A stretch of 64,000 nt of DNA from Eubacteriales bacterium (GCA_045531965.1 JAZSFA010000097.1:7935-71934), one strand, 5' to 3'. Numbered from the stretch's first letter, positions 44,601 through 53,962 are shown. Notes: generated by a model not told the origin, from the letters alone. A program made the numbers and translations.

Positions 44601-45738
44601 ATTGGATCCCGAAAACCACGCAAGTGACGATACCGCATGGGAGAGAACCGACAACTATCACACCGAATACTATGTCTGCTGTGGTGCTGAAATCATTTCT
44701 GATGAGTTCCATATGTGGGCAAACGGCTCTTGCACAGTGTGCGGTTACGATTGCGACCACGTCCCCGGCGACGCAGCCGATTGTGAGAATGACCAGGGTT
44801 GTATTCTCTGCGGATTTGTGCTTGTCCCCATGCTTGGACATGATTACACCACTATAGTTACAGCACCTACCTGTACCGATAACGGATATACCACCTATAC
44901 TTGCAACCGTTGCAAATATACCTACGACGGTGACGTTGTAGAAGCCGAGGGTCACAGACCCGGTGATCCCGCCGATTGCTATAACGATCAGGGATGCGTC
45001 CTTTGCGGCGCGATTCTGGCCGATAAGTTAGGCCATGATTACAAGAGTGAGGTCACAGCGCCCACCTGCACCGATAAGGGTTATACCACATTTACATGTA
45101 CCCGTTGTGGCGACAGCTACGTTGGTGATGAGGTAGCCCCTAAGGGTCATACTCCCGGTGCGGCAGCTACTTGTACCGCCAATCAGACTTGTACGGTCTG
45201 CGGTACCGTGGTAGCCGGCAAGCTGGGTCACGATTACAAGGCTGAGGTCACAGCTCCCACCTGCACCGACAAGGGTTACACCACTCACACCTGCGCTCGC
45301 TGCAATGACAGCTATACCGACACCGAAGTTGCCGCCAAGGGTCACACCCCCGGCGATTGGATCGTGGATAAAGAGCCTGCGGCAGGCGTGGAAGGCAGCA
45401 AACATAAAGAATGTATGGCTTGCGGCAAGACCTTGGAGACCGCAGTCATGGAAGCATTACCCACGGAGACCGAGGCGGAAACTGAGCTCGAAACAGAACT
45501 TCGAACGGAGCCTGAAACCGAAGCAAAAACAGAAATGCCTGCTGAACTTCCCACGGAACCCGATACCGATCCTCCCGCGGAAAGCCAGACAGTTTTGGCT
45601 GACGATACGACGGCAAATACAGAAAATGCCCCCGGAAAGAAGGGATGCTCCGGCAATATGGGCGGATATGCTTCCCTGCTCCTTCTGATGCTTGCAACAG
45701 TTCCCGTAATCTTCAAACGCCCAAAAGAACATGTATAA
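41632..45738 (+). CDS. 1368-aa surface protein (beta-helix-like N-terminus, Ig-like repeats, Cys/His repeats, TE/P stalk, Gly-Cys-TM tail)
   Basis: Signal peptide ...TITASA; APxxGxxP domains; GHDY...APTCT repeats; KKGCSGNMGGYASLLLLMLATVPVIFKRPK. Confidence 0.88.
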   Translation: MKNQTKVSFEKKIFSVFFLLLFVVAMMLLMTITASANDVTVLFTSQIPDNEDVKLKEDTVIYVDTPRVLSSITGDYNLTIRGEENLIINARNFSAIDVNSLSVSTNLTATSTSDRVFCIDAYEGFTFNGSALSVKGHGGIYCESGDVILNSGDIEIFGNGREAIRTQGKLVADVRTILLSCRMEEDAEKWHQSGAYAIAGMNIKANNIVLAGRNAAVSQHGDICLEGNTMALATEDAIVNYYGSVVLRKTAKITSGETYTGIICEEDISFEGFNLVIEGGRGIVSEKGNITLADTVTVKVNGDHAIRAAGKITMNDGHYKIYGSDNQHSAIYGTGGLEMAPVLDVVLPHQGYADDHTVRDQDGYAAHDLEICRAITDVDVYIGSPIGGYLPPEGDDAFYGLDEDMTVKFIIWYEDGVRMNAGDRFICGKSYTADIRFVTKNGAFFHLDSMAKVNGKSLNTYSYNGQTEIEVNVSFGKCPDLVGQVDLDIKAPAEGATASLSVSYFGSGYGVHQNSENIRWMVSTDGKNYVSMTAGEKFVAGKYYKVFIDVQTSADNYKFVTDTSGSSVQPRIAATVNGAKAQVTKAYDQDPQTIVTVSYDFGKCNDTVIEEIIITGVVAPVVGEHPSYTCTILGSGYHINTEKNASYDAWWATPPTQWPYIKNGIGWFDLTKGDWVYAHETFIAGHEYQVNVYLVTDDGYTFAHDRYYEMLFTVTVNGQAAEGNTSGSNGLYNQTIMSSFLCPKKEITSIIIHDLEAPKAGETPDTAVSPAYPEFYAVDSVTWYNADYLPLEPGEVFVAREVYCVEIKVVPGSLGASATTFNQSLTAYVNGQEVISYGMGGWDKVEVRAGAIYIRYTFKNPAAAPEVAVESNISGIITAGRVNVKPEVLLYAADDTAFASPLYTATVSDGFTVSPDHYWNYSFEGVALGDYVLVIKKVGHETYTTQITATVGHVFVEDLSLVMLPCEHEGGKATCTDLAVCLLCGEGYGELDPENHASDDTAWERTDNYHTEYYVCCGAEIISDEFHMWANGSCTVCGYDCDHVPGDAADCENDQGCILCGFVLVPMLGHDYTTIVTAPTCTDNGYTTYTCNRCKYTYDGDVVEAEGHRPGDPADCYNDQGCVLCGAILADKLGHDYKSEVTAPTCTDKGYTTFTCTRCGDSYVGDEVAPKGHTPGAAATCTANQTCTVCGTVVAGKLGHDYKAEVTAPTCTDKGYTTHTCARCNDSYTDTEVAAKGHTPGDWIVDKEPAAGVEGSKHKECMACGKTLETAVMEALPTETEAETELETELRTEPETEAKTEMPAELPTEPDTDPPAESQTVLADDTTANTENAPGKKGCSGNMGGYASLLLLMLATVPVIFKRPKEHV
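44836..45355 (+). repeat. Three 195-nt (65-aa) Cys/His repeats GHDYxxxVTAPTCTDxGYTTxTCxRC
   Basis: Units start at 44836, 45031, 45226. Confidence 0.85.
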
Positions 45739-45782
45739 AAAAACACATCGCCCCTGTGCTGAAGCACAGGGGCGATTTTCTT
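45737..45782. terminator. Bidirectional terminator between convergent genes
   Basis: ATCGCCCCTGTGCT-ga-AGCACAGGGGCGAT with A and T tracts. Confidence 0.85.
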
Positions 45783-47439
45783 ATCCTTTGTCTATATTAT
45801 CTTTGCGACGATTCAAAACAGGCATGACGGCAACAACCAAAAATAATAGCCCTGCGCCTCCGCAGATGACGGAATCACAGCCTGCCGTTGTCTCCTCGGT
45901 AGCAGGCTCGGTTTTTGTTTCGGTCTTGTCCTCGATGGCGCTATCGGTGGGTGCTTCGGTAGGTGCTTCTGTAGGTAGTTCTGTGACAGGTTCAGTAGGT
46001 GCCTCGGTAGGGGCTTCGGTCTCCACGGGCGGCTCGTCGGTGCGAAGACGGTAAAGTCTTCCCTCGCCTGCCAGGAAGCTTTCTTCCATCACACCATCTT
46101 TGATCTCCACAGGAACATACTCACCGGTAAGCGGATCAAAATATTCCAGCCACTTGACATCTTCGGAAAGGGATAGGTTGAATTTGCCAACCATTTTTTT
46201 CCTCACTGAGTTTTTGTTGAAGATCATAATATAATGATCATCACCCTCTTTGGGCTCCATCACACTGATGATAAACTCGCTTCTGCGTCCTTCGGGCTGA
46301 ATGAAAAAGTCCTCAGGGAGATACTCCACGTTTGCTGTTTGCTTATCTGTATGGTATGCGTGAGCCACATCCTGATTCATGAGGATAGAGGAAAGCCCTC
46401 TGACTTCCCAGTTCAGCTCGCTGAAGGCGGCGAACAGCTCAGGGTCACGAATGGTACCGTCACGGTAGATAAGGGAATCCCGGAAGCCCTCGCCCTCGGT
46501 ATCAGAAGAGCCGGGACAGACCAAATTGAACCAGGACAGGGCTTTGAATCCGTATGTCAAATAGGCGTAAACATTCCAGCGCATCTCATTGACAGTAGGC
46601 ATTCTGGTCCCATTCCATGCAGTCGATTGTGGGAAGCCATGGGTTTTGAGCTTGCCGTTTTCATATGCCACCTTGCGGAGCACCTCCATATCGGCAAAGA
46701 TGTCGGTCAACACCACGCCGCCGTCGCGGAAGGGGTAGTAGTCGTGAGACAGATACTCGATGTTCTCCGCACCGATAGTCTGCACAAAATTGGTAACATG
46801 CTCCTCGTAGGTACCGCCCAGTGCCCATTCCGGGGCGTAGCTGGGGAAAAGGTTGACCATGGGATAGCGGGTAGGATCCTGTTCGCGGTAAAGCTTTACC
46901 AAACGGGCAATCTCGGGGAACTTGTCGGCGGTAGGTTCATCCACCACATGATAGCCCACGCAATGCTCCTTGCCTTCGGCAAACTCCACGCCAATGGCGA
47001 TGTTCTTCTCTGCCATGCTCCCGTTCATCTGATAGATCATATTGCGCTTGGCATACTGCTCTTCGATGTTGTTCCAGTAGTCGGCGTCGTACATATATCC
47101 CGACCCGAAATCGCGAGGAAACATATTGAAGTTAAGGCCCGCGGCTGCCATCTGGTCCAGCTGATACTCGTAACTATCTTTTTCAAAGGAGTAAAATGAC
47201 ACCCAAGAGCCAATGAGCAGGTCGTCAGTAGTGACATCGTCTGCCATGATCTTTTCACGCCACGCTTTCTTTTTTGCCTCATACGCTGTGTCTGCATCGC
47301 TAACATCATCATTGTCTGCGGCATAGGTCGTCAAAGGAGTCAGCACCACGGTTAATAGGGCTGAAAGGATCATGACAACGCTCAAGATTCGACAAAGAGC
47401 GCGAAGGCACCTATCGTTTTTCTGCTTTTTCATAAACAT
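45781..47439 (-). CDS. Secreted, C-terminally anchored clan-A-like TIM-barrel glycoside hydrolase
   Basis: Signal peptide ...TTYA; MAAAGLN, GYHVVDEP, NLFPSY, LSHDYYPF, MRWNVYAYLTYGFK; TEAP repeats; AGCDSVICGG-TM-RRK tail; start at 47439 or 47433. Confidence 0.7.
   Translation of the reverse strand: MFMKKQKNDRCLRALCRILSVVMILSALLTVVLTPLTTYAADNDDVSDADTAYEAKKKAWREKIMADDVTTDDLLIGSWVSFYSFEKDSYEYQLDQMAAAGLNFNMFPRDFGSGYMYDADYWNNIEEQYAKRNMIYQMNGSMAEKNIAIGVEFAEGKEHCVGYHVVDEPTADKFPEIARLVKLYREQDPTRYPMVNLFPSYAPEWALGGTYEEHVTNFVQTIGAENIEYLSHDYYPFRDGGVVLTDIFADMEVLRKVAYENGKLKTHGFPQSTAWNGTRMPTVNEMRWNVYAYLTYGFKALSWFNLVCPGSSDTEGEGFRDSLIYRDGTIRDPELFAAFSELNWEVRGLSSILMNQDVAHAYHTDKQTANVEYLPEDFFIQPEGRRSEFIISVMEPKEGDDHYIMIFNKNSVRKKMVGKFNLSLSEDVKWLEYFDPLTGEYVPVEIKDGVMEESFLAGEGRLYRLRTDEPPVETEAPTEAPTEPVTELPTEAPTEAPTDSAIEDKTETKTEPATEETTAGCDSVICGGAGLLFLVVAVMPVLNRRKDNIDKG
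45945..46030 (-). repeat. 12-nt TEAP/TEP tandem repeats (stalk)
   Basis: ETEAPTEAPTEPVTELPTEAPTEAPT. Confidence 0.75.
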
Positions 47440-47473
47440 TGATCTCCTTTTGAGGAATAATATTGGCACGAAT

Positions 47474-47502
47474 ATTATAACATATCGAAACCGATTTCAC
47501 AA
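47474..47502 (-). promoter_or_regulatory. sigmaA promoter overlapped by a LacI/CcpA-type operator
   Basis: TTGTGA-17 bp-TATAAT (TG extension); CGAAACCGATTTCA at 47486-47499. Confidence 0.65.
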
Positions 47503-47636
47503 GAGAAAGATTTCATTTTTATCAAATTAAGCAATGTGAACAAAAATATAGCATCATTTTTTCATACAGAACAAGGTTCTCTTTTATTCCTACTGTTTTT
47601 TGCCTTGTAACATTATGTTATTCTGACAAAAAAATC

Positions 47637-47665
47637 TTGACACAGTACACAAATTATTGTATAAT
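47637..47665 (+). promoter_or_regulatory. Consensus sigmaA promoter
   Basis: TTGACA-17 bp-TATAAT. Confidence 0.8.
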
Positions 47666-47748
47666 TGTGAAAAGAGGATTTCGACGAGACCCTATTTTGC
47701 CCATGCTCCAAAGTAATCATCCTTACATTTCAGAAAGGTAATCTCTTT

Positions 47749-50700
47749 ATGAAATTGAGACAAATGCTATTGACAGTCCTGTGTTTTTCCCTCTCATTGA
47801 GCGGATGCCTTGCCTCTTGCGGAGGCAAAAAAGCCCCCTCCGAAGACATATCCAACACAGAAAGCAGTCCCCTCGGCACCGAAAGCGAATTCGGTGCTGA
47901 CACAGAAACCGAGACAGAGGTTGGCGAAGAATACGTAGAGCCTGTGATCACCGGTCCCTATGCTGACACCATTATGCAAGCCAATCGTATGGCAGATGGC
48001 GTACAGGCTTACTATGCCAACGCCAAGCGGACATCCTACCGCATTGAAAACATGAATATGCGGCTGAATTATGAACTTTCCTCCGCCAAGCCCAATCTTA
48101 TAACAGCTTTATCCAACACACAAGGGAAAAACTACGTTGAAAACACCATGGATGTTTTCATTACCATGGCAGATGGAACGACCTATCTGGCTTCCGAATC
48201 CACCGCTGCCCCTCACACCAACGTTTACCGTATGGGCTACTATTATTACGATGCTCACATTATGGGACAGAACTTTATGGGCGGTTCCGCTATCCTGAAA
48301 GAGATGCCCTTTACGGTGAGCAGAAATACCATCAAAGGCAATCAGGTTTTGGGATTGTCGGTTTCCGATGGCATTATTTCCTACACGGCTGACGGCATCG
48401 ATCCCTACGTTTACACCCCCAACAACAAGAATCTGAAGGGACAGGGCTTCAATGCAGACGAGTACAACGCCGTACAGTTTTCGGTCAAGTCCACCGCCAC
48501 CGAGGGATTTCTGTATTTTATCGCAGGTTCCCGCACAGGACACACCGATGAGCAGAAAGTTCGCTTCGATCTGGAGGCAAACGGAGAGTGGAACACCTAC
48601 ACCGTGGTGCTGAACACGGTTCCCGATTACACGGACAAGGTCACTTCCCTTCGCTTTGATATAGGCAACAGCGGTGAGAAGGTAGAGATCAAGGATATCA
48701 AGGCTGTCAAGCTGGACACCTCTGCCCCCGCCATTCTTCTGGACAGAACCTTCCACACCTACTCTGACAAGATGAACCAGGTGCTTCATTTCGTAGCCTC
48801 CCAGCAGGTTGAAGGCATTGAGGGCATGGGCTTTGTGACCCGTATCCCCGCCGACACCGTGGCAAAGCTTTTGGTCAAGGATCGGAACGGTATCCACGAG
48901 GATCTGGACGGTGTGGATTTCTCCACCGTTGAGTACGCGGGCTTTGACGTTAAGGAAGCCGGTATTCTGGGCTTTATCCTGCTGCCCCACGAAAATAGCG
49001 GCAAGCTGGAAATCGCCTTAAAAGACGGTGTATACACAATCACTCAAACAGCTTGTCCCGAGGGAGGAATATTGCGTGCTGATCCCAACACCACCGCCGA
49101 TGACTTCTACATGGGGCACCGTCTTTACACAGACGAAAGCCATGATTTCACCGTTTTCCTACGTGAAGCAGAATTCGAGCGCCATCCCTTAGAAACGGTC
49201 AGCGGTTCTACCTATCTGGGTTACGATGTACTGAGGGGCGCGTACAAGTTCAAGATCGGCGGCACGGGCTTTAACGAGCCCTTCTTCACCGAGCAGAACC
49301 GTCACTACGCCTCAGATATAACGGTTGAGGGCGATACGGATGACCGCAACATTTACGTATACACCTACTTCGAGGGTGGATGCGGCGAAAACGCGTTGGT
49401 CCTGGACAAGAACGATATGCTCCTGCCCATTCCCGTTATGATCTACAAGAACTTCAAGGGTGAGAACGAGGAGCCGATCTTCGATCCCGGTGATCCCTCC
49501 TATTCAGAGACCTATTTCCCCATTTCGGTGAAGGCGGGCAGTAAAACCGAGCTGACGGTTCTGAATCTCTATATGAACTGGGGTCAGATCCCCCTGAAAC
49601 AGCTCTCCTCCATTCAGTTCTTCTGGCCCTACTATCATCTGTCTCTGGGTACCACCGAGACCAGCTGTATCAGCCCTCTGTACGGTGCCAGAGATCTGTG
49701 GACGTTGCCTGATTTCCGCTCCATGTCCATGCCATATTGGTTTGAGCTTCCTGAGGGTCAGGGCTACAGCAATCAGCCCCAGCACACCCACGGCGGCTTC
49801 CAGTATTTCCTGCAATACACCGACAAGAACGGGAACTACGCCGCCACCGAGAACGATCACAACGACATCATCTCCTCGGGTCCCGTCTACACCGACGTAA
49901 AGATGGACTATATTTCGGATGACGGTCGCATCAAGGTCTCCTACAACCACCTGGAGCTTCCAGAGACTGACGAGCTTCGTGCTTACTACGAGATCAATTA
50001 CGAGGTATTGGAGGACATCTCCATTGCCGATTTCGCCAAGGATTTCTCCTTCTATTCTCTGGAAGGGTACGCGGGCAAGTATCAAAAAATCGGATATTTG
50101 GGTGAAAATCATCAGATCATACACGGAGAAGTCAACGACAAAGACACCGCTGAGATCCTCAAGCTGGGCGAAAATTACCCCTACGCGGCACTTTACGATC
50201 TGAAGGCAGACACGCCTGATTGGGAACAAAACAACGTAAATCTCGGCTTTGTGGTTTACGATTCCAGCTTCACCATTGGCGGCAAGGACTGCGACGCGGG
50301 CTTTGTTCTGGTGGGCAGAAACGCCAAGTACAGTCTCTCCCTTGATCTTGGCGAGGTCACCCTTAAGAAGGGCGACACCATGAAGCTCTGTCTCATCATC
50401 TCCCCTTGGGGCTTTTATGATTCTGTTGACGATAGCCATATGCAAAAGATCCGAGAGAACACCTGCCTGAAGGGGCTGAAGCTGACGGTACAGGACGGCG
50501 AGGCATTGAACAGCGTGTATCTGCCCAAGGTGAAGTCTACCAACGGCAAGTCTGCCGAGTTTACAATTTCCGGCGGCTCCAACAATAAGGCTGTTCGAGT
50601 ATACGGCTTTGACATGCTGACCGCCCCCGTTATCTATGAAAAGATCGACGGCAAGTGGGTAGAGCTGACAGTCAACTCCTCGGGGACCCCCGACAAGAAG

Positions 50701-52017
50701 GGCAACGCTCATTACTACGATGGATACGCCGTCTACTATGACCGCGACGGCACCTACTCCTACGCTTTCGCGTTCAACATGGATGAGAGGGATAGCCGCA
50801 CCTTCAGGATCGTGGCCGACAAGGACTTTGCGGGCTGGCCCGAGGAGGATGCAGGCAACAAGGAGCCTACCCTGAACGTCTACGCCGATGCCGAGGCGTT
50901 GAAGATGGCCACCCAGACCGACGCGTTGGGCATTGACAGGGCAGAGCTTTCCGATGACAAGAGCTATGTCCGTATCTACGGCTATGGCGAGGAGACCGGC
51001 GAATCCTTCTTTACCGTATTCAAGAATTCGGATCTGACCCCCACGGGACAGTATCTCATTGTCAAGTGCCGCGTGCCCGAGACCAATGCCACCCCCGCCG
51101 AGTTTGAATTTTTCGTCAGTACCACTCACGCAAGTGCCCACGCGGGGGACAGCTTCCACATGAGAAATATTCCCGCCGACGGTCAGTGGCACTACCTGAT
51201 CGCCGATCTGTCGGTTCAGGGGCTTCCCACCTTTGAGGCTGACTCCAGCGGCTCCTACACCGCTCTCCATCTCCGTTTCGACGTATTCAACATTCCCACC
51301 GAGAAGGATCAGTACGTAGACATCGGCTACGTCGGTCTGTCCGACAGTCTGGAGGAGATCTGCGCCTTCCAGAAGACGGGCACGGGCGAGATCTACAGGG
51401 GCGGCGCGCCCTCCTCTGCCATTGACTTTGCCACGGGTAAGACCCCCGGCAACCCCGGCGGAACCGGGAACAACTGCGGTGATTTCGTTCATCCCGATTC
51501 GGGGTACACCTTATCCGACGTCCGTTACGCCTCCATGATCGATTTCATCAACGGAAGCGGCGACGGCGACGGCCCCTACGATTCCCGCGGCACCAATTCC
51601 GACAAGGATCTGGACAAGATCGCCTACGAGGGCAAGACCGTGGACGGCGGCAAGCTTGCCTTGGCGGGTTGGGCTGTTGCCAAGGGCGGCATTGATAAGT
51701 ATATGTGGTCTGCCGACGGCGGCAAGACCTGGCAGGAGTGCGGTCTGTACAATCGGGACGGCTTCCATGACGTGACCTCCAACGAGGGCATTCTGGATTC
51801 CGCCAACCACTTCTTCTCTGCCTCGGGTTACAAAGTAACCGAGCATCCCGACAAGATCGTATTCCAAGGCACCGAGGGGACTCCCTCGGGTGTCTGCGCC
51901 GATCTTTACGCATATGCAGGGCAGAAGGTTGACGTAGTCTTTGCGCTGGTACCGCTGGATGACCCTTATGGTCTGTGTATCATGACTGTTGTATGTGGGG
52001 TTACAGTAGAGGGTTGA
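47749..52017 (+). CDS. 1422-aa lipoprotein of unknown function with CBM-like modules
   Basis: Lipobox LASC; ETETE linker; ADG.W..Y...LRFD jelly-roll-like motif twice; C-terminal GWA...WSADGGKTW domain. Confidence 0.75.
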   Translation: MKLRQMLLTVLCFSLSLSGCLASCGGKKAPSEDISNTESSPLGTESEFGADTETETEVGEEYVEPVITGPYADTIMQANRMADGVQAYYANAKRTSYRIENMNMRLNYELSSAKPNLITALSNTQGKNYVENTMDVFITMADGTTYLASESTAAPHTNVYRMGYYYYDAHIMGQNFMGGSAILKEMPFTVSRNTIKGNQVLGLSVSDGIISYTADGIDPYVYTPNNKNLKGQGFNADEYNAVQFSVKSTATEGFLYFIAGSRTGHTDEQKVRFDLEANGEWNTYTVVLNTVPDYTDKVTSLRFDIGNSGEKVEIKDIKAVKLDTSAPAILLDRTFHTYSDKMNQVLHFVASQQVEGIEGMGFVTRIPADTVAKLLVKDRNGIHEDLDGVDFSTVEYAGFDVKEAGILGFILLPHENSGKLEIALKDGVYTITQTACPEGGILRADPNTTADDFYMGHRLYTDESHDFTVFLREAEFERHPLETVSGSTYLGYDVLRGAYKFKIGGTGFNEPFFTEQNRHYASDITVEGDTDDRNIYVYTYFEGGCGENALVLDKNDMLLPIPVMIYKNFKGENEEPIFDPGDPSYSETYFPISVKAGSKTELTVLNLYMNWGQIPLKQLSSIQFFWPYYHLSLGTTETSCISPLYGARDLWTLPDFRSMSMPYWFELPEGQGYSNQPQHTHGGFQYFLQYTDKNGNYAATENDHNDIISSGPVYTDVKMDYISDDGRIKVSYNHLELPETDELRAYYEINYEVLEDISIADFAKDFSFYSLEGYAGKYQKIGYLGENHQIIHGEVNDKDTAEILKLGENYPYAALYDLKADTPDWEQNNVNLGFVVYDSSFTIGGKDCDAGFVLVGRNAKYSLSLDLGEVTLKKGDTMKLCLIISPWGFYDSVDDSHMQKIRENTCLKGLKLTVQDGEALNSVYLPKVKSTNGKSAEFTISGGSNNKAVRVYGFDMLTAPVIYEKIDGKWVELTVNSSGTPDKKGNAHYYDGYAVYYDRDGTYSYAFAFNMDERDSRTFRIVADKDFAGWPEEDAGNKEPTLNVYADAEALKMATQTDALGIDRAELSDDKSYVRIYGYGEETGESFFTVFKNSDLTPTGQYLIVKCRVPETNATPAEFEFFVSTTHASAHAGDSFHMRNIPADGQWHYLIADLSVQGLPTFEADSSGSYTALHLRFDVFNIPTEKDQYVDIGYVGLSDSLEEICAFQKTGTGEIYRGGAPSSAIDFATGKTPGNPGGTGNNCGDFVHPDSGYTLSDVRYASMIDFINGSGDGDGPYDSRGTNSDKDLDKIAYEGKTVDGGKLALAGWAVAKGGIDKYMWSADGGKTWQECGLYNRDGFHDVTSNEGILDSANHFFSASGYKVTEHPDKIVFQGTEGTPSGVCADLYAYAGQKVDVVFALVPLDDPYGLCIMTVVCGVTVEG

Positions 52018-52062
52018 TTTTCATGGCGATTATTCCCTATTCCGTATATTAAGCCTTATGAA

Positions 52063-52106
52063 AACACCGACGTGATTCTGTAAAGGATTGCGTCGGTGTT
52101 CTTTTT
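52063..52106 (+). terminator. Rho-independent terminator
   Basis: AACACCGACG...CGTCGGTGTT then CTTTTT. Confidence 0.75.
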
Positions 52107-52220
52107 ACCGGACATCATAATTTTGGGAACGATTTCATATCATAGGCAAGATTATGTGAATTTTTGGGGTTTTCTCGACAAAAAATCAAAAACTGCTTTG
52201 CGGCAATTTTCATTTTTCTA

Positions 52221-52249
52221 TAGACAAACATTCAGTTTTGTTGTATAAT
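52221..52249 (+). promoter_or_regulatory. Promoter upstream of malQ
   Basis: TAGACA-17 bp-TATAAT; LacI-like TGGGAACGATTTCA at 52124-52137. Confidence 0.6.
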
Positions 52250-52386
52250 AAAATATATTTATGAATGTCAACTTCTCAATTGGAAGAATTGGACATGGGA
52301 TTTTCCTCAAGTAAAGGCAAGCAATCTTGGGGCAAATGAAAAAATTTATTTGTGCCGCAATAATATAGCGACGGAATGGGGTTAAT

Positions 52387-53862
52387 ATGATGAAATTACA
52401 ACGTGCTTCCGGTGTACTGATGCACATCTCGTCTCTCCCAGGTAGCAACAGCATCGGCTGTTTTGGCAAGGAGGCTTTTGAGTTCATTGATTTTTTGGCA
52501 GACGCAGGCTTTACATGGTGGCAAGTCCTTCCCTTCTGCTTGGCTGACGAGTGCAACTCCCCCTACAAATCCTATTCTGCCTTTGGCGGGAACCCCTATT
52601 TTATTGATCTGCGTGCTTTAGAGGAGGCAGGACTTCTGATGCCCGCTGAGTTGTCAGCAGTCAGGGAAACTCAACCCTACGCTTGTGAATATGAAAAGCT
52701 TGCCGAGACACGTATGGATCTCCTTCGTCTGGCTGCCAACCGCGTATCTCCCTTCGAAAGAGAGAAAATAGAGACATATATTGTTGAAAATCAAGAGCTT
52801 TCCCGTTTCTGTGATTTTATGGCTCTGCGCCGCGCCAATGGAGATACCCCTTGGTACGACTGGACCGTGAGCGTGCCCGACGCCGACGAGCGTTTCGCAT
52901 GGGCGTTTATGCAGTACACCTTCATGAACCAATGGTCTGCTGTGCGTGCTTACGCCAACGGAAAGGGGATCAAGATCATGGGAGATATGCCCATCTACGT
53001 TTCCTTTGACTCCTGCGACGTATGGGCGAACCGCGAGCTCTTCCAGCTTGATAAAAAGGGCTACCCCTCCGCTGTTGCCGGCTGTCCCCCCGACTATTTC
53101 TCGGAAGACGGTCAATTTTGGGGCAACCCTCTTTATGATTGGAAACGCATGAAGAAAGACAACTTTGCGTGGTGGTCCAAGCGCATGACCCATATGCTCA
53201 CCCTCTTTGACGGTGTTCGTATCGACCATTTCCGCGGACTTGAGTCCTACTGGAGTATCCCTGCCGACGCCGAAACAGCCAAGGCGGGCAAGTGGGTCAA
53301 GGGTCCCGGCATGCCTTTCATCAAGCGGATGTACGAGGTGGCAGCCGAGGTAGAGGCCGTTACGGGTCAGCCCGCCATCATCGTGGCAGAGGATTTGGGC
53401 GAGTCCACTCCCGCCCTTGAAAAGTTCGTCAAGGAGAGCGGTATGCCCAATATGCACGTGATTCAATTCGCCTTTGACGGCGATCCCGAGAACACCCACC
53501 TTCCCTACAACTATAGCAAAAATTCTGTGGCCTACACGGGAACCCACGACAACAACACACTTTTGGGCTTTATCTGGGATCTGGATGACGAAGCCCGACG
53601 CGAGGTTCTGTCTTTCTGCGGCTACACCAACGATTGCTGGGATACCGCCGAAGCTTACCGCTCGGTGATCCGAACCTTGTTCGCCTCGGTGGCTGACCTT
53701 GCCATTCTACCCATTCAGGATGTGCTTTTGTACGGCGCAGACACCCGCATGAACATCCCAGGAGCACCTGACGGCAACTGGCGTTACCGTGTCACCTCAG
53801 AACAGCTCAGTTCTATTGATAAAGCCTATTTCCGCAAGCTAAACCGATTGTACGGCAGATAA
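52387..53862 (+). CDS. malQ: 4-alpha-glucanotransferase (GH77)
   Basis: SGVLMHISSLP; GDMPIYV; GQFWGNPLY; RIDHFRG; AEDLG; YTGTHDN. Confidence 0.96.
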   Translation: MMKLQRASGVLMHISSLPGSNSIGCFGKEAFEFIDFLADAGFTWWQVLPFCLADECNSPYKSYSAFGGNPYFIDLRALEEAGLLMPAELSAVRETQPYACEYEKLAETRMDLLRLAANRVSPFEREKIETYIVENQELSRFCDFMALRRANGDTPWYDWTVSVPDADERFAWAFMQYTFMNQWSAVRAYANGKGIKIMGDMPIYVSFDSCDVWANRELFQLDKKGYPSAVAGCPPDYFSEDGQFWGNPLYDWKRMKKDNFAWWSKRMTHMLTLFDGVRIDHFRGLESYWSIPADAETAKAGKWVKGPGMPFIKRMYEVAAEVEAVTGQPAIIVAEDLGESTPALEKFVKESGMPNMHVIQFAFDGDPENTHLPYNYSKNSVAYTGTHDNNTLLGFIWDLDDEARREVLSFCGYTNDCWDTAEAYRSVIRTLFASVADLAILPIQDVLLYGADTRMNIPGAPDGNWRYRVTSEQLSSIDKAYFRKLNRLYGR

Positions 53863-53962
53863 GATCTTGCCTTAGCCGATGAAGGGCACCGATCGGGCAA
53901 GCCTCCGAGTATATGGAAAAAATAAAAGTATCCTTTTTAATTTTTTAAAGGAGATAGAAAAA

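Noticed and set aside
36840-45430. Multiheme cytochrome c
   Set aside because: Only an isolated CxxCH (CDICH) was noticed among many CxxC; no maturation genes in the window
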